Source: a virus
IMG/VR virus record: IMGVR_UViG_3300045988_141197
Length of the DNA stretch: 64,000 nucleotides
Direction: 5' to 3' (one strand)
Shown piece by piece: positions 47,486-57,676 of this stretch; positions within the stretch are counted from its first letter, which is position 1; the number at the start of each line of letters is the position of its first letter. The notes below the pieces were generated by a model. That model was not told the origin of the DNA. It made no database searches and saw only the letters and a list, made by a program, of their open reading frames with translations. The translations under genes were made by a program, and so were the position numbers.

Positions 47486-50400
47486 ATGGCTAAAAAACGT
47501 AACGTAGATGCTTATGGTAAATCATGGAGTCCTTTTGATATACCTAATTTAGAAAGAGCAATTGAATTATATAAACGTTTAAATGAATTAAATGATCATT
47601 TTGCTGATTCTTTAAGTGGTTCTAATAAAATATGGGCACAAATAAATGAAAGAGCAGAACTACAAGAAGCCTTGAGTAAAACAGGTATTAAAATTACTCA
47701 ACAACAAAGTGAAGAGGTTTTAAAATTACTAAAAAATCAGCAAGCTTTAAATAAAGAGACTTCTAAAACAGTAAGTAGTCTAGATACAGTTAGACAACGT
47801 GCAGGAATTGGCTCAGGTCCAACTACTTTAAATAGTGGTAACTTTGGTAATGCTATTATGGGAGCTATACAGCAAAATTATGCTCAACGTCAACTTAATA
47901 ATAATTATAACTATTTTTCTAAAAATTCTACAAGTAAAAATCCTGAATTAATATCTAGATTAGCACAAAATAAGACAGTTAATGATTTAAATAAATCAGC
48001 TAATAAGTTTAGTTTAGCTGCTGATGTTTTACAAGTTGGTGCTAATACTTTCAAGGAAGCTGTATCTACTTTTTCTAGGTTATTCTTTGGTGGAATGAAT
48101 AATCAAGCTAATAGTTATAATAATAACTTTACAAATATATCTGTAAGAACAGGTTTATCTAAGTCTCAATATTTTTCAGGACAATCAGCTATCAATTCTA
48201 CTCTAAGCTCTAGAGGATTATACAATAATGTAAGTAATTCTGAAGTTACAGAGATGTGGAATAAATTAGCTAGTAATGGTCTAAATTCAGAAGATATGAT
48301 GGCTAATGCATTAGATACTGTTATTACAAATAAAATTGTTCCTTTTCTTGATACTTCTACTGCCTATTTCCAACAACTAACTGATCAACAACCTAGTTTA
48401 ATGAAGCAAATAAGAGGTATTGGATTAGCTACTCAAGAAATAAATGGGAGTTCTGTATTTGCTAATAAGTATTTACAAGATATGATAGATAGCCTATCAC
48501 CTATGGCGAGTTTAGCTGAAAATCAATTAGGTGTTCAATATGCTCAAATGACAGGTGCTTATGAAAGTCTTAGAGCTCAAGGATTATCAGATGCTACAAT
48601 AGGAGAAATGTATAAAGGATCTGCTGCATTATATAATGATCCATTAGCTGCATTAAAAAGTAATAACCTAGATTTAAAACTAGCAGCTGCACAAGGAATA
48701 GTTAATGGTATAGATTTTAGAGATGCTTCACAAGTTAATGCTCAATATATGAGATCTGCTAACTATGTTGCAAATCTAACACCTGAAGGATATATGTCAC
48801 CTTTATATGCTGGTATAACCAATACATATATGAGTACTGTTGGAAAGACAGAGTTAAATGAACGTAATGTTAGTATAGAAGAAGCTCTTAGAAAAGGTAC
48901 ATTAGTAGCCAATAGTTTAGATGAATATGCTAATATAGCAACAAATAGATTATCTTCAGATTATAACCAAACAGCTAAAACCTTACAAGAAGTTCAACTT
49001 GAAAATATGTCAACATGGTTAGCTAAAATTTATGAACAAATAGGATACTGGGGTAATGTCTTAGGTGTATTGGTTAAAGGTATAGCTGGAGTAATAGGAG
49101 CCAGAGTTGGATCTAAATTATTAGGAAGCATAATAAAAGGAAAATCTGGTGGTGCTAGTTTAGGAGGCACTATAGCTGGTAATATTGCAAGTAATGGAGG
49201 ATTAGGTGCAACTACTGGATTAGGGGCTGCTGGAACAGCTGTAGCAGGTATTGCTGGTATTGCTGGAGGAATTTATGGTATCTCTGAGGGTATAAGTGAT
49301 ATTAATAGAGGTAGTACAGTAAGAGGTGTTGGTAGTACTGTTGCTGGAGGAGCTGCTGTTGCTGGAGGAGCTATGCTTGCTGGAGGAGTAGCAGCTAGTG
49401 CTTTAGGTATAGGTGTTGCTAATGCTTGGAATCCTGTTGGATGGGTCTTAATGGCAGCAGGTCTAATAGGAGTAGCTGGAACAGCTGTTGCTAGAGTTAT
49501 GGATACTACTGTAGACTTATCACAAGAACTAGAAGCTGAAAAGAAAAACGCTGTTAATCAAATTAAAGCTAAAAATGATGAAACTTTAGATACAATGTAT
49601 GAAGTAAGAGAAGCTATGAAACAATCTACTTCATATGAAGAAGCTAAACAAATAGCACTACAATCAGGAATTGTTAGCCAAGAGGAATTAAATAAAGCTA
49701 CAGATAAAAGTGTTGATAGTTTATTAAAATTAGCAGATGTTAGCATTGAAAAACAAAAAGATATGAATATGATATCAGAACAAACTGTTGCTGCTTATGA
49801 AGATATCAAAAATGGTATAAAAGAAAAAGCTGGTAATGATATTCTTGACCTTGTTAATACTGGTAAGATGGGTGGAAGAAGCTATGATGATTTAAGTGAT
49901 GATGAGAAGAAAAAGTTAAATTCATTTATGCAAGAATATATTAAAGCTAATAAAAACTCAGATAATAAAGATATAAAATGGCGTATTGAACAGTGGGGCG
50001 GAGCTTTTGATGATGATATTCTATCTAAAGATGATTTTAATAAAATATTTAATGGTAATAATGGAACTACTTCAGATTTGTTTGAAGCTTGGGTAGCAAG
50101 TGATAGTGGAGCTAAAGCATTATCTTCAAATAAAAATCTTGAAGGATATTATGGTGGTTATTATGGTACAATGAATTCTGATACTGTAAGTAATTATATT
50201 TTATCAGCTTTGAATGCTAGTAGTGCTGGCAAAGCTAAATCATATTTAAAAGTATTAAAAGATTATGGATTGGTTTGGGATAAACTACCTGAAAGTGCTA
50301 GAACTGAGTTGGTAAATAAGTTTAGTGATGATATTAAATCATATAGAACAGGTTTAAATTCAGTACCTTATGATAATTATTTAGCTAACTTACATGAAGG

Positions 50401-50647
50401 TGAAGCGGTATTAACAGCCTCAACTGCTAATGAATTAAGAGGATTATTGACTGAATATCGAGAAAGTCAAAATCAAGGTGCTATAATTGAAGTAGCTATT
50501 TCAAATCAAACAACTATTTTAGTAGAGAAAATGAGTGAAATTATACAAACAATTCAAAGTGTAAATACATCTTCTACAAATACATCTAATTGGAGTAGTG
50601 CTGTAAGAACAAGTATGAGAAACATGATAAGTACAAAAAGTTTTTAA
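47486..50647 (+). CDS. tail tape measure protein
   Basis: ~1050 aa. Central Gly/Ala-rich hydrophobic segment GGASLGGTIAGN...AGIAGIAGGIYG with helical flanks. Preferred start ATG 47486 after RBS aaggag. Confidence 0.65.
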   Translation: MAKKRNVDAYGKSWSPFDIPNLERAIELYKRLNELNDHFADSLSGSNKIWAQINERAELQEALSKTGIKITQQQSEEVLKLLKNQQALNKETSKTVSSLDTVRQRAGIGSGPTTLNSGNFGNAIMGAIQQNYAQRQLNNNYNYFSKNSTSKNPELISRLAQNKTVNDLNKSANKFSLAADVLQVGANTFKEAVSTFSRLFFGGMNNQANSYNNNFTNISVRTGLSKSQYFSGQSAINSTLSSRGLYNNVSNSEVTEMWNKLASNGLNSEDMMANALDTVITNKIVPFLDTSTAYFQQLTDQQPSLMKQIRGIGLATQEINGSSVFANKYLQDMIDSLSPMASLAENQLGVQYAQMTGAYESLRAQGLSDATIGEMYKGSAALYNDPLAALKSNNLDLKLAAAQGIVNGIDFRDASQVNAQYMRSANYVANLTPEGYMSPLYAGITNTYMSTVGKTELNERNVSIEEALRKGTLVANSLDEYANIATNRLSSDYNQTAKTLQEVQLENMSTWLAKIYEQIGYWGNVLGVLVKGIAGVIGARVGSKLLGSIIKGKSGGASLGGTIAGNIASNGGLGATTGLGAAGTAVAGIAGIAGGIYGISEGISDINRGSTVRGVGSTVAGGAAVAGGAMLAGGVAASALGIGVANAWNPVGWVLMAAGLIGVAGTAVARVMDTTVDLSQELEAEKKNAVNQIKAKNDETLDTMYEVREAMKQSTSYEEAKQIALQSGIVSQEELNKATDKSVDSLLKLADVSIEKQKDMNMISEQTVAAYEDIKNGIKEKAGNDILDLVNTGKMGGRSYDDLSDDEKKKLNSFMQEYIKANKNSDNKDIKWRIEQWGGAFDDDILSKDDFNKIFNGNNGTTSDLFEAWVASDSGAKALSSNKNLEGYYGGYYGTMNSDTVSNYILSALNASSAGKAKSYLKVLKDYGLVWDKLPESARTELVNKFSDDIKSYRTGLNSVPYDNYLANLHEGEAVLTASTANELRGLLTEYRESQNQGAIIEVAISNQTTILVEKMSEIIQTIQSVNTSSTNTSNWSSAVRTSMRNMISTKSF

Positions 50648-50675
50648 AGAGTTGAATTAATTCAACTCTTTTTAT
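50647..50675 (+). terminator. rho-independent terminator
   Basis: Hairpin aagagttgaattaattcaactctt followed by ttt. Confidence 0.65.
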
Positions 50676-50702
50676 ATTAAAAAATGCAAATTTGTTAAAT
50701 TA

Positions 50703-50717
50703 GTAAAATATTATTAG
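50703..50717 (+). promoter_or_regulatory. promoter-like motif GTAAAATATTATTAG
   Basis: Copy of the conserved motif. Confidence 0.4.
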
Positions 50718-50827
50718 AAAATAATGTTCTAAATTAAACTTAGCTATATAAGAATATGTTTAATTACTAAAATATTAAATTTGCATTATTTTTGTTGGAA
50801 ATAAATATATAAAATTAGGAGTAATAA

Positions 50828-52720
50828 ATGAATATTAAATTTGGTGATGATAATTTTTATGTTAAATATTTAAAAAGATTTTTAAATAATGAGATGTCTC
50901 AAACAAATACAATTCTAGGTAAATTCGATAAAAATGATCTAGAATTATTAATTAAATATTTAAATCTTCCAAATGTTGAAGATATGTTCTCTGTTTATAA
51001 AAAAATTGTTATTGAATTTCCAGAATTAAATAAGTTATTTAATTATAAGTATAAGGATAATATGATTCAATGGACAGCTAAAGAAATTAGTTCTGAGGTA
51101 TCTGAATTTATTATAAATAATTTAGATAAGATCAAAGAATTCTGCGCCTCTGTAGGTTGGGAAGTGTCTGACCTTAATGAATGGATTGATTTAAGTAAAG
51201 ATATTAATCAAGATGGTAAAGTAGATGAATTAGATCGACAAATTCTAAATAATATAGTATTTAATCAAGCTGTTTATGATGAGAATATTACAAAAAGAGC
51301 AGATTTGAATCTTGATGGTTTAATTAATGAATTAGATATTAATGAATTAGATAATTATATTATATCTAATAAATTATATTTAGAAATAAAAATGTCTAAT
51401 AGAAAGAACTATTTTCCAAATAAAGATATGCTTGTATTTATTAATCAATTTACTGGATCATTTATGTATAATTATGCTATAAGAGATAGTATAGGTATTG
51501 ATGATGTTCCTCATGTTAGTAATGGTACAAATTTAAAGATAGCTTTATATCAATGTAAACCTGGTCAAAAAATAACAATTGCTCATAATAATGATAAAAA
51601 AGTTCATTTAGTTATAGGATCATCACCTGCAAAACTTAAACAAGATATAACTGGTTTTATGTTACAGAATGTAGTAGAAGTGGATCTAAAAGCAGGAGAA
51701 GGATTTCAATATACTTGTTCAAGTACTGCTGATAATACAGGATATAATGCTAATTGGGTATGTATTCAATGTCCATCTAATTATGGAAATTTAGAAGGAG
51801 AAAGAACAGTATCTACTGAAATTGAAGTAGGAGATATTAATGGAGATGGACAAATTAATCTTCAGGATTATCATTTATTAGCTGCTTATACATCTACAGG
51901 TCCAGGTTCTGAAAAACTACACTGGGAAGCAACAGCTCGACAAAAAGTAGCTATGGATTGTAATAAGGATGGTGTAATTGACAATAAAGATACTCTCATG
52001 TTTGAGGATTATCTAAATGGTAAGATAATGAGTTTAGGTTTGGCTCCCTTTACTTATGTAATTCCTGATGATTATGGAGATAGTGAAAATGTAAGTAACT
52101 TATTAATAATAGATGGTCATTATGATAGGTCTATAAATATTCCTTTTATGGATTTTCTAGCAGATGATTGGGTTATTCATGAAAAATTCTTTAATTATTT
52201 ATTAAATATAGCTATTCATAAATATAGTGACTCTACTAATATAACATATTTACAAAAATTATTAAAGGAAGCTTATCCTGGGCATATGTATGATGAATCA
52301 TTTTTCTATCCTGGGTATTACAGTGATAATATGCAAGCATTAGTAAGAGAATTTCAAATAAGTCAAATTAATTATACAAAAGGAGATTTAAACAGAGATA
52401 ATAAATTAACAGATGTGGATCTACTATTATTAAGAAACTATTTAGATGATCCCCAACATAAATTATATGAAGAAGATCCTAAAAATAATAAAGATAGTAC
52501 TTTATTGTCCGAGATTCAAAAAGTAAGAGCTGATGTTAATGATGATGGATATATCAATGAATTAGATTATGAATTTCTACGAAAAGAAGTAAATAAAGAA
52601 ACTCAAAATTTAAAAAATTATGATATAACGTTTAATTTAGGTTGGTATGATGTACAAACTGAAGCTTTATTTGAGGAGCAATATAATTTTGCAGGTACTA
52701 TATCGGAGGTGAGTAAATAA
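50828..52720 (+). CDS. baseplate / distal-tail protein with three dockerin-like modules
   Basis: Six EF-hand-like segments arranged as three pairs: DINQDGKVDELD / DLNLDGLINELD; DINGDGQINLQDYHLL / DCNKDGVIDNKDTLMF; DLNRDNKLTDVDLLLL / DVNDDGYINELDYEFL. This is the dockerin type I repeat pattern. Confidence 0.6.
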   Translation: MNIKFGDDNFYVKYLKRFLNNEMSQTNTILGKFDKNDLELLIKYLNLPNVEDMFSVYKKIVIEFPELNKLFNYKYKDNMIQWTAKEISSEVSEFIINNLDKIKEFCASVGWEVSDLNEWIDLSKDINQDGKVDELDRQILNNIVFNQAVYDENITKRADLNLDGLINELDINELDNYIISNKLYLEIKMSNRKNYFPNKDMLVFINQFTGSFMYNYAIRDSIGIDDVPHVSNGTNLKIALYQCKPGQKITIAHNNDKKVHLVIGSSPAKLKQDITGFMLQNVVEVDLKAGEGFQYTCSSTADNTGYNANWVCIQCPSNYGNLEGERTVSTEIEVGDINGDGQINLQDYHLLAAYTSTGPGSEKLHWEATARQKVAMDCNKDGVIDNKDTLMFEDYLNGKIMSLGLAPFTYVIPDDYGDSENVSNLLIIDGHYDRSINIPFMDFLADDWVIHEKFFNYLLNIAIHKYSDSTNITYLQKLLKEAYPGHMYDESFFYPGYYSDNMQALVREFQISQINYTKGDLNRDNKLTDVDLLLLRNYLDDPQHKLYEEDPKNNKDSTLLSEIQKVRADVNDDGYINELDYEFLRKEVNKETQNLKNYDITFNLGWYDVQTEALFEEQYNFAGTISEVSK

Positions 52721-53574
52721 TGGCATATACTAGAAATTTAAACAACAGAAATTTAAATTTTGCGGGAAAATATAATTCTTATCAAAATTCCTACTCTGCA
52801 GGTACAAATGGTTTAACTGGATTTCAAGCATGGGAGTGTTATATGCTATTAAAATATGGTCATGCAGATTCATATGGTTTAGCTGGAGATTCAGAATATT
52901 TAATTGAATTACCTCTTTATCCTGAAGAAGTAACTGAAAGTATTTCAACTACTTGGTCTAAACAAAATATATTAGGAAGATCTTCAGCTTTAGCAGCTTA
53001 TGCTAATACTGAACTTAAAAATGTTAATTTCAGTTTAGATTTACACAGAGACTTTTTAACAGGAAGTTTCAGTCATACCGCTAAGACTCTAAGTGATATA
53101 GGAGGAAATCTGGCAAATCAAGCTGCTGGTTACCAGAAGCAATCTGATAAAGGTCCCTTTGATACAAGAACTTGGTATATTAATATAAATAAAATGCTTC
53201 AGATGAGTTGTTATCCTCAATATACAACAGCTGGACTTATGCCTCCTACAACATATTTTATATTTGGACAAATGATATTAAAAGGATTTGTAGAGAGTTA
53301 TAGTACGACTTGGAAAAAACCAATAATAAACACTTTTTATGGGTGGAATAGTGTTACTATTCAAATGAGTTGTTATCCTGATTCTATAATTTCAGCTAGT
53401 GATATGATTAGTGGTACAGGGGCAACTAGTACACAAAATACTTATAATACTCTTTATCCTGCTAATAAAGCTTTAAATAGTAATGTAATGACCAGAAATT
53501 TTGGTAGATCTAATGCTAGAACATATTCAGCTATAAATGGAGGAACTCCTGGAGGACAAGTAATTGATACTTAA
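52720..53574 (+). CDS. baseplate component (hypothetical)
   Basis: ORF coupled to the upstream gene; rich in S, T, G, N. Confidence 0.4.
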   Translation: MAYTRNLNNRNLNFAGKYNSYQNSYSAGTNGLTGFQAWECYMLLKYGHADSYGLAGDSEYLIELPLYPEEVTESISTTWSKQNILGRSSALAAYANTELKNVNFSLDLHRDFLTGSFSHTAKTLSDIGGNLANQAAGYQKQSDKGPFDTRTWYININKMLQMSCYPQYTTAGLMPPTTYFIFGQMILKGFVESYSTTWKKPIINTFYGWNSVTIQMSCYPDSIISASDMISGTGATSTQNTYNTLYPANKALNSNVMTRNFGRSNARTYSAINGGTPGGQVIDT

Positions 53575-53598
53575 ATTAATTAGAAAGGAAATGGATAT

Positions 53599-54015
53599 AT
53601 GACAAGTGAATTAGATATTATAAGAAGATATAATGTATCTCCGCAATATCTTGAAGAAATGAGAGAAGAATTTACAATGCGATCATATTTAAAACCTCGT
53701 CAATATGTAAACAATAGTCGTTATACTAAAATACGTAGACTACAAGATGAGGAAACTGGAAAAATATATAATGAAAATTGGATAGCTCAAACAATTGATG
53801 AATCTAGTGAAGATCAATTTTATGTTGTTACAATGAGTGAAGAAGATCGTTTAGATATTATATCTACTTCATTTTATGGAACTCCTAAATATTGGTGGGT
53901 TATTGCATTAGCTAACAATATTATTGATCCTTTTACTTTAGAGATAGGTACTAATTTAAGAATACCTCCTATTATTTCACTTTATAATAAAGGTGGTGTA
54001 TTAAGCAGTGACTAG
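53599..54015 (+). CDS. LysM-like baseplate protein (gpX/gp53-like)
   Basis: C-terminal DRLDIISTSFYGTPKYWWVIALANNIIDPFTLEIGTNLRIPP fits the LysM fold consensus. Confidence 0.6.
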   Translation: MTSELDIIRRYNVSPQYLEEMREEFTMRSYLKPRQYVNNSRYTKIRRLQDEETGKIYNENWIAQTIDESSEDQFYVVTMSEEDRLDIISTSFYGTPKYWWVIALANNIIDPFTLEIGTNLRIPPIISLYNKGGVLSSD

Positions 54016-55576
54016 AGATTATGTTGATATAAAACCTATAACAGATTCTACATCTATGGCTACTAGATTTGATAAAATGTTAAATAATGTAGCTGATATG
54101 TTAGCTAAGGCTCCTATATATACTACATGGATAAGATTTCAAATAGGCAAAAAGCAACCTTTAACATTTAATACAGCTTCAACCAATAAAAAACAAAATT
54201 TAATCGCTGATCTAGAGGTGGAAAAACAAGGTGTTGGAGTTTGTAATGATTTTACTATAAATGTATACTATGATCCTTTTGATTATGGGCAAAATCCTTC
54301 TGACCAAATTGAATTATTAGATGATTTAATAGCATATGCAATGTCATTTGATATTTCTGATGATGCAAGTGAAAATAACTTAGATAGTTTAAGAGGATAT
54401 ATACAATATGGATATAATTATTCAGATGATACAACCCTTGTATCACCTAAATATCAATTTATGTTAACTGGAGCGGAAACAAGAGTAACTGCTAAAAATG
54501 GTATAACTAGATATACTTTTACAGGAACATCTGATTTAGCTATAGATTGCGATTTTAATGTTACCTTTCCAGAGTTTAGTAATGTTAGTTTGCTTGATGT
54601 CATTACTACCGTATTATATTGTTATTATGGTGATTCAGAAAATCCACCTAGTTCTTCTCATCTATTAGATAATATTACATATGTAGAAAATGATTTTAAA
54701 TATAAAATAGATATAAGTGATAGCTTATATGCAGATTCTCCTACAATAGAATCAATAGAAGCATCAGCAGCAATATCTCCTTGGAGTTATTGTAAAAATC
54801 TTTTAACTGGTAAAATTTCTAAATCTGATGGAGAGAGTGAAGATTATAAAAATTTAGATACTTTAAAAGAAAATGAAAAACCTCAATATATACTATATAT
54901 GACAGATGAAGCAGGAGCTAAATGTATCCACTTAAATTATATTTCACCTAAAAAGGAAGGAAATACCAAATTAGATTTTGAATTTACATGGAGTATACAA
55001 GCTAAAAACTTAGTTGAGGACTGGAACCCTCAGGTAGATTTACAATTATATCTTATTAGAAAAGCTCAAGCAATAAGAAAAGCTAGACTTGCTGCTATAA
55101 ATCCTGATACTGGAACAACTATTTATGATAGTTTACAAAATATTGATTCAAGTGCTATTTATAATATAGCTACTAATGCTAAAAATGGAACTTTTGAATT
55201 AGGAGATAATCCTGTAGCTAATTTTTTGGAACTTTTACTAAATAATTCAACAACAGTTAAAGTTGCAGGAGCAGCCGGTACTTCTATAATGGATTCATTA
55301 AAGGGAATAGATTTAGCTGCTATACAAGCTTATATAAAAGCAGCTACCCCAAATACACAAATAAAGGATGAAATGTATGATGCAGAATTAACACTAGTAG
55401 GTATTCCTGCAGATATACCTTTAGGTTGTGAAATAAAAATTAAGCCTAGAATAAATCAAGCTATAAGTAGAACCGCAGGTATTTATATGGTAAGGGGATG
55501 TACTGATAGAATTGATACTAATGGAAAATTTAGTTCCACTTTAAAACTGTTAAGATTAAAAAGTTTGGATGAATAA
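54008..55576 (+). CDS. baseplate hub-like protein (hypothetical)
   Basis: 522 aa ORF between the LysM and spike genes. Confidence 0.4.
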   Translation: MTRDYVDIKPITDSTSMATRFDKMLNNVADMLAKAPIYTTWIRFQIGKKQPLTFNTASTNKKQNLIADLEVEKQGVGVCNDFTINVYYDPFDYGQNPSDQIELLDDLIAYAMSFDISDDASENNLDSLRGYIQYGYNYSDDTTLVSPKYQFMLTGAETRVTAKNGITRYTFTGTSDLAIDCDFNVTFPEFSNVSLLDVITTVLYCYYGDSENPPSSSHLLDNITYVENDFKYKIDISDSLYADSPTIESIEASAAISPWSYCKNLLTGKISKSDGESEDYKNLDTLKENEKPQYILYMTDEAGAKCIHLNYISPKKEGNTKLDFEFTWSIQAKNLVEDWNPQVDLQLYLIRKAQAIRKARLAAINPDTGTTIYDSLQNIDSSAIYNIATNAKNGTFELGDNPVANFLELLLNNSTTVKVAGAAGTSIMDSLKGIDLAAIQAYIKAATPNTQIKDEMYDAELTLVGIPADIPLGCEIKIKPRINQAISRTAGIYMVRGCTDRIDTNGKFSSTLKLLRLKSLDE

Positions 55577-55588
55577 AGGGAGGTATTT

Positions 55589-57217
55589 ATGGAAGTTAGT
55601 AATAGAAATGTATATTATAACTGTATATATCAAGCTGTTGTAGTTAATGCTGATACTTCACAAGATCCTAATAGTTCAAATAGAATTCAAATTTATGTAC
55701 CTGCTTTACATTATAATTTTGAAGGAGTTTATAAACAATATATTCAAGATACAAATAAAGCTAATAGTATTTATAAGAGTTATTTTCCATGGGCTACAAC
55801 AGCTGTAGATGAATTAACTAACGGTGATATTGTTTTTTGTAATTTTCTTAATAATGACCCTAATAGTTTTATAATTATAGGAAAAGATATTGCTGCAAGT
55901 AAGAGTATTAATGGAGAAGGAGGATATTCAAATACTCCTATGGATACTGCAGATTTATTAAATCTAACAATGCCTATTATTATATCTAATGAGGTTGGTA
56001 TAAAACCCTCACAGTGGCCTGATAGTATTTCAGATTCCCAATATACTAATATAAATCCTTATGATAATGGAGGTTGGTCTATAGGTTTAATACAATGGCA
56101 TCATTGTAGAGCTTTTGATGTTTTGCATTATATAGCATCTAGAGATCCTTCATGGAAAACTAAATTTACTGACACTAGTATTGATTTATATTCTGATCTA
56201 GAAAAAAGCTTAGCATCTAATAGTACTTCACCTTATAGAAATAAATATCAAGGTAGTTATCATCCAACATCAGGAACAGCTGCAAATCGTAGTATAAAAA
56301 ACATGCTAGGATCTGAAATAGGTAAAGTAGCTCAAAGAGAATATGCATCTCGAGATACAAATGATTTAATAACTCATTTACAAAATGATTATTCAATTAA
56401 AAATCCTGCAGTAATTATATTTTTAACAGATATACTAAACCAGTATGGAAAATATAAGACTACCGCTAAAAATAAAGCTAAAGAAATATGTTCATCCTCA
56501 GATGATATGATGACTCAATTAACTAAATTTAGATTATGGTGGGATGGAGCTACTGGTGGTGCAGGAACATGTACACAAGGTAGCAAAAGAGGAGCTTACT
56601 CATCAAGAAGAGATAAAACTTATTCATATATAGTAGGACTTGAAAGTCAAGGAAAACTATATAGTGCAGGTAATGTAGACTTAGGAGATATTGCAAGTTC
56701 TAAATACATTCCTGAAATAGGTGAATATTATTGGCCTTTATTAAAATCTACTCAAATCAATTGTTATTGGGGAGAAAAATCAATGCGAATTCCTTATACT
56801 TTTAAGTATAATACATATCAGAAAAATATGGGATATTCTAGTATGAATAGATTTCACTATGGAACTGATTTTGGTCCAGCTAAAGCTGGTGTTGATGGTG
56901 ATCCTGTTATAGCTGTAGGAAGTGGTACTGTGCAATATGTTTCAGGTAATACTGGAGGACAAGGTAATTGTATTGGTATTCAAATGAATAAAAATAAAAA
57001 TCATTATTTTGTTTATATGCATTTATGTAAAAAACCTCAATTTAAAGTTGGAGATAAAGTAACAGCAGGACAAATAATAGGCTATATGGGAACTACAGGA
57101 AACTCTACTGGAACTCATTTACATTTAGGTTTGCACATTGGTTCTGTATGGCCTACATCTAGTAAAACAACAAGAATTGACCCACTACCTTATTTAGGTA
57201 AAAAAGCTAATGCATAA
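55589..57217 (+). CDS. baseplate central spike / tail lysin with C-terminal M23 peptidase domain
   Basis: N-terminal gp5/gpV-like segment. C-terminal HYGTDFG ... HLHLGLH (HxxxD and HxH motifs of LytM/M23). Confidence 0.7.
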   Translation: MEVSNRNVYYNCIYQAVVVNADTSQDPNSSNRIQIYVPALHYNFEGVYKQYIQDTNKANSIYKSYFPWATTAVDELTNGDIVFCNFLNNDPNSFIIIGKDIAASKSINGEGGYSNTPMDTADLLNLTMPIIISNEVGIKPSQWPDSISDSQYTNINPYDNGGWSIGLIQWHHCRAFDVLHYIASRDPSWKTKFTDTSIDLYSDLEKSLASNSTSPYRNKYQGSYHPTSGTAANRSIKNMLGSEIGKVAQREYASRDTNDLITHLQNDYSIKNPAVIIFLTDILNQYGKYKTTAKNKAKEICSSSDDMMTQLTKFRLWWDGATGGAGTCTQGSKRGAYSSRRDKTYSYIVGLESQGKLYSAGNVDLGDIASSKYIPEIGEYYWPLLKSTQINCYWGEKSMRIPYTFKYNTYQKNMGYSSMNRFHYGTDFGPAKAGVDGDPVIAVGSGTVQYVSGNTGGQGNCIGIQMNKNKNHYFVYMHLCKKPQFKVGDKVTAGQIIGYMGTTGNSTGTHLHLGLHIGSVWPTSSKTTRIDPLPYLGKKANA

Positions 57218-57229
57218 AGGAGGTATATT

Positions 57230-57619
57230 ATGAATCAAAATACATTTAGTTTTCCTCAGATTATAAATAGAAGTAGTCACAAAATTGAATTGTCTAGTAA
57301 TACTAAATCTATTAATGAGTGCTTAGGAATTTTATTAAGAACCAGACCAGGAGAATTATTAGGAGATCCTGAATATGGTTGTAATTTAATAGAAAGAATA
57401 TTTATGTATAATGGAGTTTTAATACAAAAACTTATAAAGGAAGATATCATAGAAGCTGTTAATAAATATGAACCTAGAATATTCATGAATGAAAATGATA
57501 TATCAATAGTTCAAAATCAAACAACTGTAGAAATTTATATACAATATGAAATTTTACAAACAGGTGAAATAAATCAATATAATATGGAAATTACTGCTGA
57601 TGATAATCCATATAAATAA
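57230..57619 (+). CDS. baseplate wedge protein gp25/GPW-like
   Basis: INECLGILLRTRPGELLGDPEYGCNL matches the GPW/gp25 motif; size 129 aa. Confidence 0.7.
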   Translation: MNQNTFSFPQIINRSSHKIELSSNTKSINECLGILLRTRPGELLGDPEYGCNLIERIFMYNGVLIQKLIKEDIIEAVNKYEPRIFMNENDISIVQNQTTVEIYIQYEILQTGEINQYNMEITADDNPYK

Positions 57620-57625
57620 TTAAAA

Positions 57626-57643
57626 GTAAAATATTATTGAGAG
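57626..57643 (+). promoter_or_regulatory. promoter-like motif GTAAAATATTATTGAGAG
   Basis: Copy of the conserved motif. Confidence 0.4.
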
Positions 57644-57676
57644 ATCAATAATATTTTTTATGAAAGAAGGTAAATA

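Noticed and set aside
49558-49746. Minus-strand ORF within the tape-measure gene
   Set aside because: Antisense; spurious.
52730-54446. Minus-strand ORFs 52730-52948, 53089-53271 and 54255-54446
   Set aside because: All antisense to baseplate genes with no RBS.
57277-57486. Minus-strand ORF within the gp25-like gene
   Set aside because: Antisense; spurious.
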